Origin: Calditrichaceae bacterium
Lineage (GTDB): Bacteria > Calditrichota > Calditrichia > Calditrichales > JBFXGD01
NCBI GenBank assembly: GCA_050173015.1
Contig: JBFXLE010000005.1
Coordinates: 172,120-236,119, forward strand
Direction of reading: 5' to 3'
DNA: 64,000 nt
The notes below the pieces were generated by a model. The model was not told the DNA's origin. It was given only the letters and a program-made list of their open reading frames with translations, and made no database searches. Shown one piece after another: positions 21,556 through 30,065 of this stretch. Numbering within the stretch: position 1 is the first letter of the stretch; every line of letters starts with the position of its first letter. The position numbers and the translations under genes were made by a program.

Positions 21556-21647
21556 TTTATCTCTTCTTTTTATCAGTTGGGGTTAATTAATATAAACTTT
21601 TTACCAAAAATTCAAAATATTTAAGAAAAACGGTCTGAACCTTGGTT

Positions 21648-22666
21648 AAGAAAGTAGAAAGTAGAAAGTAGGAAGTAGGAAGTAAGAAGGATAAGAAAAA
21701 AGATAAAAGAAAAAAGAGTAAGACAGACTGTTTCCCCCTGGCCACAGGGGGACTAAGGGGGTTGTTTTTTTGTCGTAAGTAAGAAGTAGGAATTTAAGAG
21801 CGTTAAGAGAAAAGAGTTAAGAGTGGGGAAAGAAAGTAAGAAGTAGGAAGTAGGAAGTAAGAATTTTAAGAAAAAAGATAAAAGAAAAAAGAATTAAGAG
21901 TTTAAGATACAACTATTGTGTTGCGGAATTCTTCGGGGCGAATTTTCTGTTCGAGTGGTTGAATTAGAAAAACGGAGAAATTTATACGAGTTAAAATTCG
22001 CCAGGGCTTTTTGCTACTTTTTGGCCATTCAAAAAGTAGGGAGGGAGAAAAGGAAGAAGTAGGAAGTAAGAAGTAAGAAGTAAGAAGTAAGAAGTAAGAA
22101 TTGTTAAGAGTAAAGAGTGTAAGAGTAGGGGCGCGATGCTCGCGCCCTAAGAAGAGAGCAAGAAGGATAAGAAAAAAGATAAAAGAAAAAAGAGTAAGAC
22201 AGACTGTTTCCCCCTGGCCAAAGGGGACTAAGGGGGTTGTTTTTTTGTCGTAAGTAAGAAGTAGGAATTTAAGAGCGTTAAGAGAAAAGAGTTAAGAGTG
22301 GGGAAAGAAAGTAAGAAGTAGGAAGTAGGAAGTAAGAATTTTAAGAAAAAAGATAAAAGAAAAAAGAATTAAGAGTTTAAGATACAACTATTGTGTTGCG
22401 GAATTCTTCGGGGCGAATTTTCTGTTCGAGTGGTTGAATTAGAAAAACGGAGAAATTTATACGAGTTAAAATTCGCCAGGGCTTTTTGCTACTTTTTGGC
22501 CATTCAAAAAGTAGGGAGGGAGAAAAGGAAGAAGTAGGAAGTAGGAAGTAGGAAGTAGGAAGTAAGAAGTAAGAAGTAAGAATTGTTAAGAGTTAAGAGT
22601 GTAAGAGTAGGGGCGCGATGCTCGCGCCCCGGGAAGAACGTAGGCATCAGAGTTTTCATGTAATCA
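21648..22666. repeat. Composite non-coding tandem duplication (~476-bp unit x2) with heptamer tracts and hairpins
   Basis: 21684-22148 is repeated at 22160-22630 (offsets 476/475/482). Contains AGTAGGA/AGTAAGA heptamer runs, inverted repeats and a GTAG-type REP. Confidence 0.95.
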
Positions 22667-22713
22667 TCTAATTCAAAGTTCAAACAATCTTTAATCCCAG
22701 TTCAGACAATGGC

Positions 22714-22746
22714 AAAAAAAAGCCGGACCTGAAACAGGGCCGGCTT
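22714..22746 (-). terminator. Terminator of the rubrerythrin gene
   Basis: AAGCCGG-CCTG-AAA-CAGG-CCGGCTT hairpin with an A8 run on the plus strand. Confidence 0.75.
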
Positions 22747-22767
22747 GATATTGATTCGATATGGTTA

Positions 22768-23346
22768 TTAATAATTTTCTGCCAGGATTTCAAAATACGA
22801 CTGTGAATGAGCGCAAGCCGGGCATGCTTTTGGCGCTTCTTCGCCTTCATGCAGATAACCGCAGTTGCGGCAGCGCCAGACGATTTTGTCATCACGGCGA
22901 AACACGATTTCATCTTCAATGTTGTCAGCAAGCTTTTGATACCGGCCGCAGTGATATTTTTCGGCGTTGGCCACATATTCGAACACTTTCGCGATGCCTT
23001 CAAAGCCTTCTTCTCTCGCGATTTTAGCGAACCCCGGATACATTTCGGTGTACTCGTGTTTTTCACCGGCGGCAGCCGCGCGCAGATTTTCTTCGGTTGA
23101 TCCAATCATTCCTGCCGGAAAGGCCGCTTTAATTTCCACATCGCCGCCCTGAAGATATTTAAAGAACCGTTTGGCGTGTTCCTTTTCCTGATTGGCGGTT
23201 TCCTCAAATATTTCAGCGATCTGTATATAGCCCTCTTTTCTTGCCTGACTTGCGTAAAATGTGTAGCGGTTCCGCGCCTGTGATTCACCTGCGAATGCGG
23301 TTAGCAGATTGATCTCGGTTCTGGTCCCTTTTAGTGATTTAGTCAT
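22768..23346 (-). CDS. rbr: Rubrerythrin
   Basis: AFAGESQARNRY, EKEHA and di-iron ExxH motifs; C-terminal rubredoxin CRNC…CPAC. Confidence 0.95.
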   Translation of the reverse strand: MTKSLKGTRTEINLLTAFAGESQARNRYTFYASQARKEGYIQIAEIFEETANQEKEHAKRFFKYLQGGDVEIKAAFPAGMIGSTEENLRAAAAGEKHEYTEMYPGFAKIAREEGFEGIAKVFEYVANAEKYHCGRYQKLADNIEDEIVFRRDDKIVWRCRNCGYLHEGEEAPKACPACAHSQSYFEILAENY

Positions 23347-23524
23347 ACTTAATACTCCTTCCATCAATGAATAGATACCATTACATCAGGAACATATCAA
23401 ATTAATCATGATGTTGACTATTAATATAAAGATATTTTTCACATTATGAAATCGAAAAAAGATTTCACAACATAACATTGATGGATATCAAATTTAAAAA
23501 AGAAAGAAGGTTGAGGAAGATAAA

Positions 23525-23549
23525 GCCGGCAGAGTATATCTCTGCCGGC
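23525..23549 (-). terminator. Hairpin/terminator downstream of the DUF2911 gene
   Basis: GCCGGCAGAG-TATAT-CTCTGCCGGC perfect 10-bp stem. Confidence 0.6.
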
Positions 23550-23558
23550 CAGAAATGA

Positions 23559-24617
23559 TTATTTTTTCTTTAGCTTCTGAAGTATATCATTGATGCGCTG
23601 TTTCTGGGTATCGCCTGTGACCATGTTATGCGCTCTGGTGTAATTTTCAAGAGCCAGCTTATAATTACCGTCATTTGCATACGCTTCACCAAGACTGTCA
23701 TAGACATTCCATGAATCCGGGTAGCGTTTTACATTCATTTTAAAGATATCAATCGCTTTAGGGATGTCGCCTCTGTTCATCACTTCATAACCCCAGTTGT
23801 TCAATTCGGCTTCAGTGGCCATTTCCAGAGCCTTGTTTTTTAATTTATCCGCCTCTGCCTTATTGCCTTTTCGATTTATGATTTCGGATTTCAGATTAAA
23901 ATTGGTGAAATTAGGTGTCATCGAGATGGAATGATCGATCCACTCTTCCGCCTGCTCCGGAAATACATTGTTTTTATAACAGTAGTTCGCTGCATCATAC
24001 CAACCCCGCCAGCTGAACCGGGGAAGCGACCGAAGTTCCTTCCGCATATTGTTCACAACGGAAGCATGCACATCGATTGCCACATCGAACGAAACCATCA
24101 GTTTCTCCCAGTGCAGGCTTACCCGTACCGAATTTTCGGTTGGATCAATAAACCGGTATTCCAGCCGCTCGACAAATTCAGCCGGTGCGGGAATCGCTGA
24201 AACCCTCAGGGCGTCTTCCGCCGCATCATAACTAAAACTTCCCCATGCCGCGTTCATTTTACTAAAAATCAAAGTCCATTCTTTTTCGGAAGGGATGATA
24301 TGAAATCCATAAGTCCCCGCCGGAAGATCTTTGCCGTTTATCTTGACCGGATCGCTGAAAGAGATAGTTGTGTTTTCATTGGCGCCCGCCCGCCACATCT
24401 TATTATAGGGCACGAGATCATCCCATATTTGCCGCCCCTTTACTGCCGGGCGGTGATAGGTAATCGTAATTTCTGTCAGGCCGATGGTTTGGCTCACCAT
24501 CGCTGCGGGACTGGTTCTGGGCATCGTCAGGGCAGGTTGCGATGATGCCCTGTTAACAAAAAACAGTCCTGAGATAAAAAAAATGACCATTACCGAAACA
24601 AAAAACTCTTTACGCAT
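23559..24617 (-). CDS. DUF2911 domain protein with C-terminal TPR
   Basis: PRTSP…YHRPAVKGRQIW…WRAGANE (DUF2911); NVYDSLGEAY TPR; signal peptide. Confidence 0.88.
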   Translation of the reverse strand: MRKEFFVSVMVIFFISGLFFVNRASSQPALTMPRTSPAAMVSQTIGLTEITITYHRPAVKGRQIWDDLVPYNKMWRAGANENTTISFSDPVKINGKDLPAGTYGFHIIPSEKEWTLIFSKMNAAWGSFSYDAAEDALRVSAIPAPAEFVERLEYRFIDPTENSVRVSLHWEKLMVSFDVAIDVHASVVNNMRKELRSLPRFSWRGWYDAANYCYKNNVFPEQAEEWIDHSISMTPNFTNFNLKSEIINRKGNKAEADKLKNKALEMATEAELNNWGYEVMNRGDIPKAIDIFKMNVKRYPDSWNVYDSLGEAYANDGNYKLALENYTRAHNMVTGDTQKQRINDILQKLKKK

Positions 24618-24830
24618 AATTTTCCCCCTGATGTCTGATACTTATTCATGTTTTAGATATAATAAATTCACTTTGACTTTATTCATATTACATTAAAAGT
24701 AAGCAAAAAATTCCTGAGCGGATAAGTCTGTTTGCATCAAAGATGGCTTGATGAACTAAATGGAAGCTTGTATGAGTTATATATGCCGTTTGCAGAAAAA
24801 GTAGAATCTCAAAAAATAAGGAGTCATAAA

Positions 24831-25367
24831 TTGAAGTGGTTACTGCGTATTGGCATAGGGGTAGTGATATTAATCTTTGCGGCGTTTATGGTGATGTTTG
24901 TATGGAGCGGCGCGGCAAAGGGAATCGGACATAGTGAAATAAAAATTCAGATCGACCGTCCGGCCGCGGAAGTGTTCGAATGGATCACGGATACAGATAA
25001 ACTTAAATCATGGATGGAAGGATTTGTTGAAGAAAAGCCTTTGAATGGTGACAGCCTGAGGATCGGCGCCAGGTCGATGCTTATTATCGAATATGATGAA
25101 CAGATTTATGAAATGGAAATGGAAATCACTGACCTTGAAATAAACCGCTTACTGGAAGTAAAAATCAGCGCGATCGGTTGGGATGAAACTTCCCGATATG
25201 TCTTGAATGAATCGGACGGCAGCACGACCCTTCTGTTCAAAGATGAAACGCAATACAAACATACTTTTGCAAAACTGATGGAGCCGCTGATCACTTTGTC
25301 CGCGAGAAATCATTTTCAAAAGAACTTTACGCGATTAAAAACACTGGCGGAGTCCGCTGAAATGTGA
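24831..25367 (+). CDS. SRPBCC/polyketide-cyclase-like protein with N-terminal TM
   Basis: IDRPAAEVFEWITD…W motif; TTG start after GGAG. Confidence 0.75.
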   Translation: MKWLLRIGIGVVILIFAAFMVMFVWSGAAKGIGHSEIKIQIDRPAAEVFEWITDTDKLKSWMEGFVEEKPLNGDSLRIGARSMLIIEYDEQIYEMEMEITDLEINRLLEVKISAIGWDETSRYVLNESDGSTTLLFKDETQYKHTFAKLMEPLITLSARNHFQKNFTRLKTLAESAEM

Positions 25368-25386
25368 CACCTCTCCGAAGAATAAA

Positions 25387-25980
25387 TCAACGAATTTCAT
25401 AACGCATGATGGGACGTGTTTCCGAACGGCGGGCCGCTTCCTTAAATCCGGCCTTGCGAAAAGCGGATGCCAGTCCGGTCCAGGCGAAAGCATCGGGCAA
25501 CTGATCTTTTTTGGGTTCAACCGGATAACCTTCGATCAGATTGCCTCCATTTTGTTTGACATAGATAGTGGCGGCCTTCAGCAGGTTGACGGTTAAGCCT
25601 TGTTTTCGGAATCGCTTGTCAATAAAGAAGCATACTACTGACCATACGGGGCGGCTATCCAATGGCTTTAAGATTCTCGAGCGCTCCAGCACCGAATACT
25701 GATCACGCGGGGCCACCGAGCACCATCCTACCGGCTGACCATCCCAGTAGGCGAGTATTCCGGGCACTTCACCGCCAAGGATAATCGATCTCATCGCTTT
25801 TTTGTTTTTTTCACCCTTGTTTTTTTCAAACTCGGACCGCCTGATACGCCACCACATACACCAGCAGCCGGCGCAGGCTCCGCGTTCACCGAATAATGTT
25901 TCAAAATCGTGCCATCGGCCGGCGTTTACGGGGTAAAATTCAAATCCGTCAACGATATTGATTGGCTGTTCTGCTGACAT
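25387..25980 (-). CDS. GNAT family N-acetyltransferase
   Basis: GCWC, VGWCSVAPR, CFFIDKRFRKQG acetyl-CoA motif, EGYP, FRKAGF. Confidence 0.88.
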   Translation of the reverse strand: MSAEQPINIVDGFEFYPVNAGRWHDFETLFGERGACAGCWCMWWRIRRSEFEKNKGEKNKKAMRSIILGGEVPGILAYWDGQPVGWCSVAPRDQYSVLERSRILKPLDSRPVWSVVCFFIDKRFRKQGLTVNLLKAATIYVKQNGGNLIEGYPVEPKKDQLPDAFAWTGLASAFRKAGFKEAARRSETRPIMRYEIR

Positions 25981-26070
25981 TTTGTTCTACCTTCTATCCA
26001 ATCAATTATATATGAAAAAAAGACCGGTGTTGGATACGTCCGGCCTTTTAACAATTATTTGAATGTTTTA

Positions 26071-26484
26071 TTACTTTGCCGCTTCCGCCGGTTTATAAAT
26101 GAGAGAGGCGACGATGCCGTCAATGACCAGCTGAATATATCCGAACGCGATCCACATCAATGTGAGGTTTAATGAAATATCGAATGTTACATATTGAGCG
26201 AACATGCCGGGAATCATTGTCAAAGAGGCGATGATCAGTCCATAGCGGACACCCTCCATGACACCCCGACCTTCATAGCCACGGGCAAAAATGAACACAA
26301 AAAAGTAAATAAATACCACCTCGGCCAGATACATCACCCACATCAGGCTTTCCATATTTTCACGCCAAACACCGGTCATTGCCTGGTAGGTTGGACCAAG
26401 AATGACGGCGTGGATGACAAAATTTAGAATTTCGTGGACGATGTAAACAATAAACGTCGCGGTAATAATTTTTTTCCAGTTCAT
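26071..26484 (-). CDS. Four-TM membrane protein (DUF1761-like)
   Basis: Four hydrophobic segments; EGVRYG motif; RBS GGGAGG. Confidence 0.65.
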   Translation of the reverse strand: MNWKKIITATFIVYIVHEILNFVIHAVILGPTYQAMTGVWRENMESLMWVMYLAEVVFIYFFVFIFARGYEGRGVMEGVRYGLIIASLTMIPGMFAQYVTFDISLNLTLMWIAFGYIQLVIDGIVASLIYKPAEAAK

Positions 26485-26571
26485 CTCCCCTCCCAATTGA
26501 TAAATAAGTGATGGTTGAAAAAGTCACTCTTCAATCTAACGCAAACAAAAAGGATAGACAATAAAATGATT

Positions 26572-26693
26572 AAAAAGTAGGGAGGAAGAAGTAGGAAGTA
26601 AGAATTGTTAAGTGTTAAGGGTGTAGGAGTAGGGGCGCGTAACTCGCGCCCTGAACAGAAAGCAGATAACGCATCAGAGTTGTCATGTAATCA
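26572..26693. repeat. Third, partial copy of the 21.6-22.7 kb composite repeat
   Basis: AAAAAGTAGGGAGG, heptamers, GTAGGGGCGCG…CGCGCCCT REP and GCATCAGAGTTnTCATGTAATCA match 22506-22666. Confidence 0.85.
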
Positions 26694-26763
26694 CCTCAAT
26701 CATTGTTTAGACAAACACAGGGAGACGCGGCGTCATGGTTAAGATTTTTAAACGGGCATCGGT

Positions 26764-26938
26764 CCCGGGGCGGGTACCTCCGCCCCGGGGAAGGTCACTC
26801 CCTTCCGGGGAAGCGTTACTTTTCAAGAAGAAAGCATCACCTCGCCTCCGGGGAAGAAAAAGATTCACCGGGAAGGTTTGCCTCTCTTACGGGAAGCGCT
26901 AAAATTTTACCGGGGAAGTACAAAATCACTGCGGGAAA
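26764..26938. repeat. ~21-bp periodic array of CGGGRA cores
   Basis: About 9 (C)CGGGRAG-like cores spaced 19-22 bp apart, with unrelated intervening sequence. Confidence 0.6.
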
Positions 26939-26951
26939 TGTTTAAGGACCA

Positions 26952-27116
26952 ATAGCCCCGACCTTCGGATCGGGGATGACAGGTAAACCAAAATAATCCC
27001 GGGTTTCAGCCCAGCTTCGGCTAAAGCCAAATAAAATAAGATTCCCGGCTGTCCACGAGCTATAGCCCGTGGCAATAAGTATAAAGCGATTCATTGCCCC
27101 GACCTTCAGGTCGGGG
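26952..27116. repeat. REP/REPIN-like cluster of palindromes
   Basis: ATWGCCCCGACCTTC…TCGGGG hairpins at 26952 and 27093; inverted copy at 27053-27076; GGGTTTCAGCCC / GGCTAAAGCC inner pair. Confidence 0.75.
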
Positions 27117-27136
27117 GTAACCGATAAAGCGAAATC

Positions 27137-29056
27137 CTATTCGACTTGTTTTTTACTGGCAAGCATGAACAGGTAAGCGCCCAACAGGCAAAATATTATA
27201 AAAGAAACCGCTTCTCCCGCCAGTCCGTGCAAGCCAAAGCTGAGGCCGCCGGGCTTGGTGCCGGCCACAAAGGCAAATCCGGCGATGACAACCCCCATGA
27301 TGCCCTCCCCGGCGATCAGCCCCGAACTAAACAGCACACCCGTATCGGTTTGTTTCTCGGCCACACCCTCTATCTTACGATTCCGTCTCGCTTCCACAAA
27401 ATATTTGATCACGCCACCCACAAATACGGGCGTCATGGTGGAAAGGGGCAGATAAATCCCAACCGCGAACGGCAGGGACGGCACGGACAGCAGTTCAGCC
27501 ACAACGGCAAAACTGGCGCCGATGAGCACCAGACTCCAGGGCAGATTGGCCTGTAGAACACCGTCAACCACCGTTTTCATTAGCGTGGCCTGCGGAGCTG
27601 GGATCTCTTTTGATCCAAAACCATACACTTCACCAAGCGTCACCACCGCGAGGGCAATGAAGAATGCCGAGCTGAGAGTGCCGAATAATTCGCTTGCCTG
27701 TTGTTTCGCGGGTGTCGCGCCGAGCAAATAACCGGATTTTAAATCCTGCGAAATATCACCGGCGATCGACGCCGCGACCGCCACTACCGTCCCGATCGTC
27801 AGTACCGCTGTCTTGCTCATGGGATCTGTCCAGCCGAGCATATAAAACACGGCGCTCGTCCCCAGCAGGGTAACGATGGCCATACCCGATGTGGGATTGG
27901 AGGATACACCCACCAGACCGACAATCCGGGAAGATACGGTAACAAATATAAAAGCAAACAACACAATGGCCAGAGATCCAATGACACGCGTAATCATAAT
28001 CTGATCCACACCAACCACATAAGGAGTGGCAATACTGGTGATCAGGAACAACGCAACCACCGCGATAACGACTTTAAATGATAAATCACGGTCCGTCCGA
28101 ATTCGTGAGGATATCTCTGTGACAGCTTTCGGCGAGAGTTCGCGAATTCCGATTTTCAGAGAATTGATCATGGTCGGGAGCGACTTGAATACGGTAATGA
28201 CACCCGCCACCGCCACAGCACCGGCGCCGATATAACGGACGTAGCGTGTCCAGATAAGCTGCGGCGACATATCCACGATAAGTTTTTCGGTCTCCGGAAA
28301 CATGGGCGTCGCGACCAGTTCCCCAAAATGGGCGATGGCCGGAATGATTCCTAGCCAGGACAGTAATCCGCCGGCAACCATAATGGCGGAAATCCGGAAT
28401 CCAAGAATATAGCCCACTCCCAGCAAAGCCGGTGTAGCTTCCAGTCCCAGCTCCCCTTTTTTGAGTCCGGGAATATTCATCGCTACTTCTGACGGCCATA
28501 ATTTGGCAAAAGACAGCAAACCTTTATATATGGCGCCGAGGCCGAGTCCGTAAAACACAAATTTGGCTTTACTGCCTCCGCTGTCCGCCGCGATCAGAAC
28601 CTGAGCCGCAGCCGTGCCCTCCGGATAGGGAAGCGATTCATGTTCTTTAACAATCAGAAACCGGCGCAAAGGAATCATAAAAACAATCCCCAGCATGCCG
28701 CCCAGTAATCCAAGAAGGGCGATCTGCGCGAGCTCGGGTTTAAATCCCCATATAAATAGGGCGGGTACGGTAAAGATGATTCCGGAAGCAAGGGATGAAC
28801 TTGCGGAACCGGTAGTCTGGGCGATATTGGCTTCCAAAATAGACGCCTTCCCCCAGATCTTTTCGAATGATTTAAAGAGAGCCACCGAAATTACCGCCAA
28901 CGGAATAGCGGTACTTATGGTTAATCCGACTCTTAATCCCAGATACGCGTTGGCGCTTCCGAAGAGGACACCGAACACGGCGCCGACAATCAACGCCCGT
29001 ACACTAAAGTCCTTTAAATTTGAATCATGCGGTACATGCGGTTTAACTTCAGACAT
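27137..29056 (-). CDS. OPT family oligopeptide transporter
   Basis: ANAYLGLRVG, EANIAQT, YPEGTA, SQDLKSGYLLGATP, APQA, SGLIAGE motifs. Confidence 0.93.
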   Translation of the reverse strand: MSEVKPHVPHDSNLKDFSVRALIVGAVFGVLFGSANAYLGLRVGLTISTAIPLAVISVALFKSFEKIWGKASILEANIAQTTGSASSSLASGIIFTVPALFIWGFKPELAQIALLGLLGGMLGIVFMIPLRRFLIVKEHESLPYPEGTAAAQVLIAADSGGSKAKFVFYGLGLGAIYKGLLSFAKLWPSEVAMNIPGLKKGELGLEATPALLGVGYILGFRISAIMVAGGLLSWLGIIPAIAHFGELVATPMFPETEKLIVDMSPQLIWTRYVRYIGAGAVAVAGVITVFKSLPTMINSLKIGIRELSPKAVTEISSRIRTDRDLSFKVVIAVVALFLITSIATPYVVGVDQIMITRVIGSLAIVLFAFIFVTVSSRIVGLVGVSSNPTSGMAIVTLLGTSAVFYMLGWTDPMSKTAVLTIGTVVAVAASIAGDISQDLKSGYLLGATPAKQQASELFGTLSSAFFIALAVVTLGEVYGFGSKEIPAPQATLMKTVVDGVLQANLPWSLVLIGASFAVVAELLSVPSLPFAVGIYLPLSTMTPVFVGGVIKYFVEARRNRKIEGVAEKQTDTGVLFSSGLIAGEGIMGVVIAGFAFVAGTKPGGLSFGLHGLAGEAVSFIIFCLLGAYLFMLASKKQVE

Positions 29057-29132
29057 TGCTCTCCCCTGATGTTGAGATATTTGTTTCACCGTCTTTATTT
29101 ATCATGATGATTGGTTTTCTTTCTAACCTGAT

Positions 29133-29999
29133 TCAGGTGGTTTTGCTTTCCGGTTTTATTAGTTCCGACAAATAAATTTTCATTTCGGATACAACGGCCT
29201 TTGTATGGGTATTGTTGTTTGTCTCCATATCAACGTAGGTTGAATTTGTCAGATCGTGTACAATTTTCTTTAGGTTCCCCGGGTCGTGCAATTTATCCTT
29301 TGAAGCTCCGATAATCAACGCGGGATATTTAACATGTTCGAGAAAATCCCATATTTTATATTTTGCCAGGGATAAAACCGCTTTTTTCAGTTTCCATGGA
29401 TCGGCAGCGTCAAGAGACGACGAATACTTTTCGAATTGGGCATAGTCGTGTTTAACATTCAGACGAAAATTTTTCAGATACCACAGAACAGTTGGTTTGA
29501 TCAGCTTATACATGGGGGGATAAAAAATGGTGACGAGGAAAATCCATGTTTTTGGAACCCTGAATTCCGCGTTTGGTCCTACCAAAACAAGGCAGCGCGG
29601 ATCGGATTTTAGCAAACGGCAGCTGTCAAGTATCGTAGTCGCGCCCAATGAGCTTCCGAAAAAGATATATTCACCGTCTTTTAAATTAAAGTGTTCGATG
29701 AGTTTGACAATATCCTGCCCCATATCGGCGACGCCGTATCCCACATCGCCTCTAACCCGGGATGATATTTTTTCACGTGTTTCGATATAGTACACATTAA
29801 ATTCTTTTGTCATTTCCAGCAGAACTTCCCGCCAGGCGGAAATCTGAGATACCCATCCGGCGACAAATACAACCGATGGATTTGAAGTTTTTTTAGGCGC
29901 GGTAAATGTAATTACCCGAAGAGAAACATGTTCGGATGTATCGATCATTTCATCCCTGAAAGACACGCCGGCAGCACAATATTCCGTTAAATTTTCCAT
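29133..29999 (-). CDS. Alpha/beta hydrolase
   Basis: VFVAGW oxyanion region, GSSLG nucleophile elbow, D (KDKLH) and late His (NTH). Confidence 0.75.
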   Translation of the reverse strand: MENLTEYCAAGVSFRDEMIDTSEHVSLRVITFTAPKKTSNPSVVFVAGWVSQISAWREVLLEMTKEFNVYYIETREKISSRVRGDVGYGVADMGQDIVKLIEHFNLKDGEYIFFGSSLGATTILDSCRLLKSDPRCLVLVGPNAEFRVPKTWIFLVTIFYPPMYKLIKPTVLWYLKNFRLNVKHDYAQFEKYSSSLDAADPWKLKKAVLSLAKYKIWDFLEHVKYPALIIGASKDKLHDPGNLKKIVHDLTNSTYVDMETNNNTHTKAVVSEMKIYLSELIKPESKTT

Positions 30000-30065
30000 T
30001 ATCCCTGTGATTTTTATTCTACATTATTAGATTAATTTAAGCCGTTTTTCAACTTTTGCTTTCAG

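Noticed and set aside
21648-22666. CRISPR array
   Set aside because: No 23-47 bp identical repeats with unique spacers; the unit is a long duplication with microsatellites; no cas genes in the window.
22680-23105. 141-aa alternative-frame ORF
   Set aside because: Overlaps the well-conserved rubrerythrin on the same strand; shadow ORF.
26703-26945. 80-aa ORF as a real protein
   Set aside because: TTG start without a clear RBS; lies inside the repeat zone; its 7-residue Gly periodicity is explained by the DNA array, whose cores slip out of codon phase.
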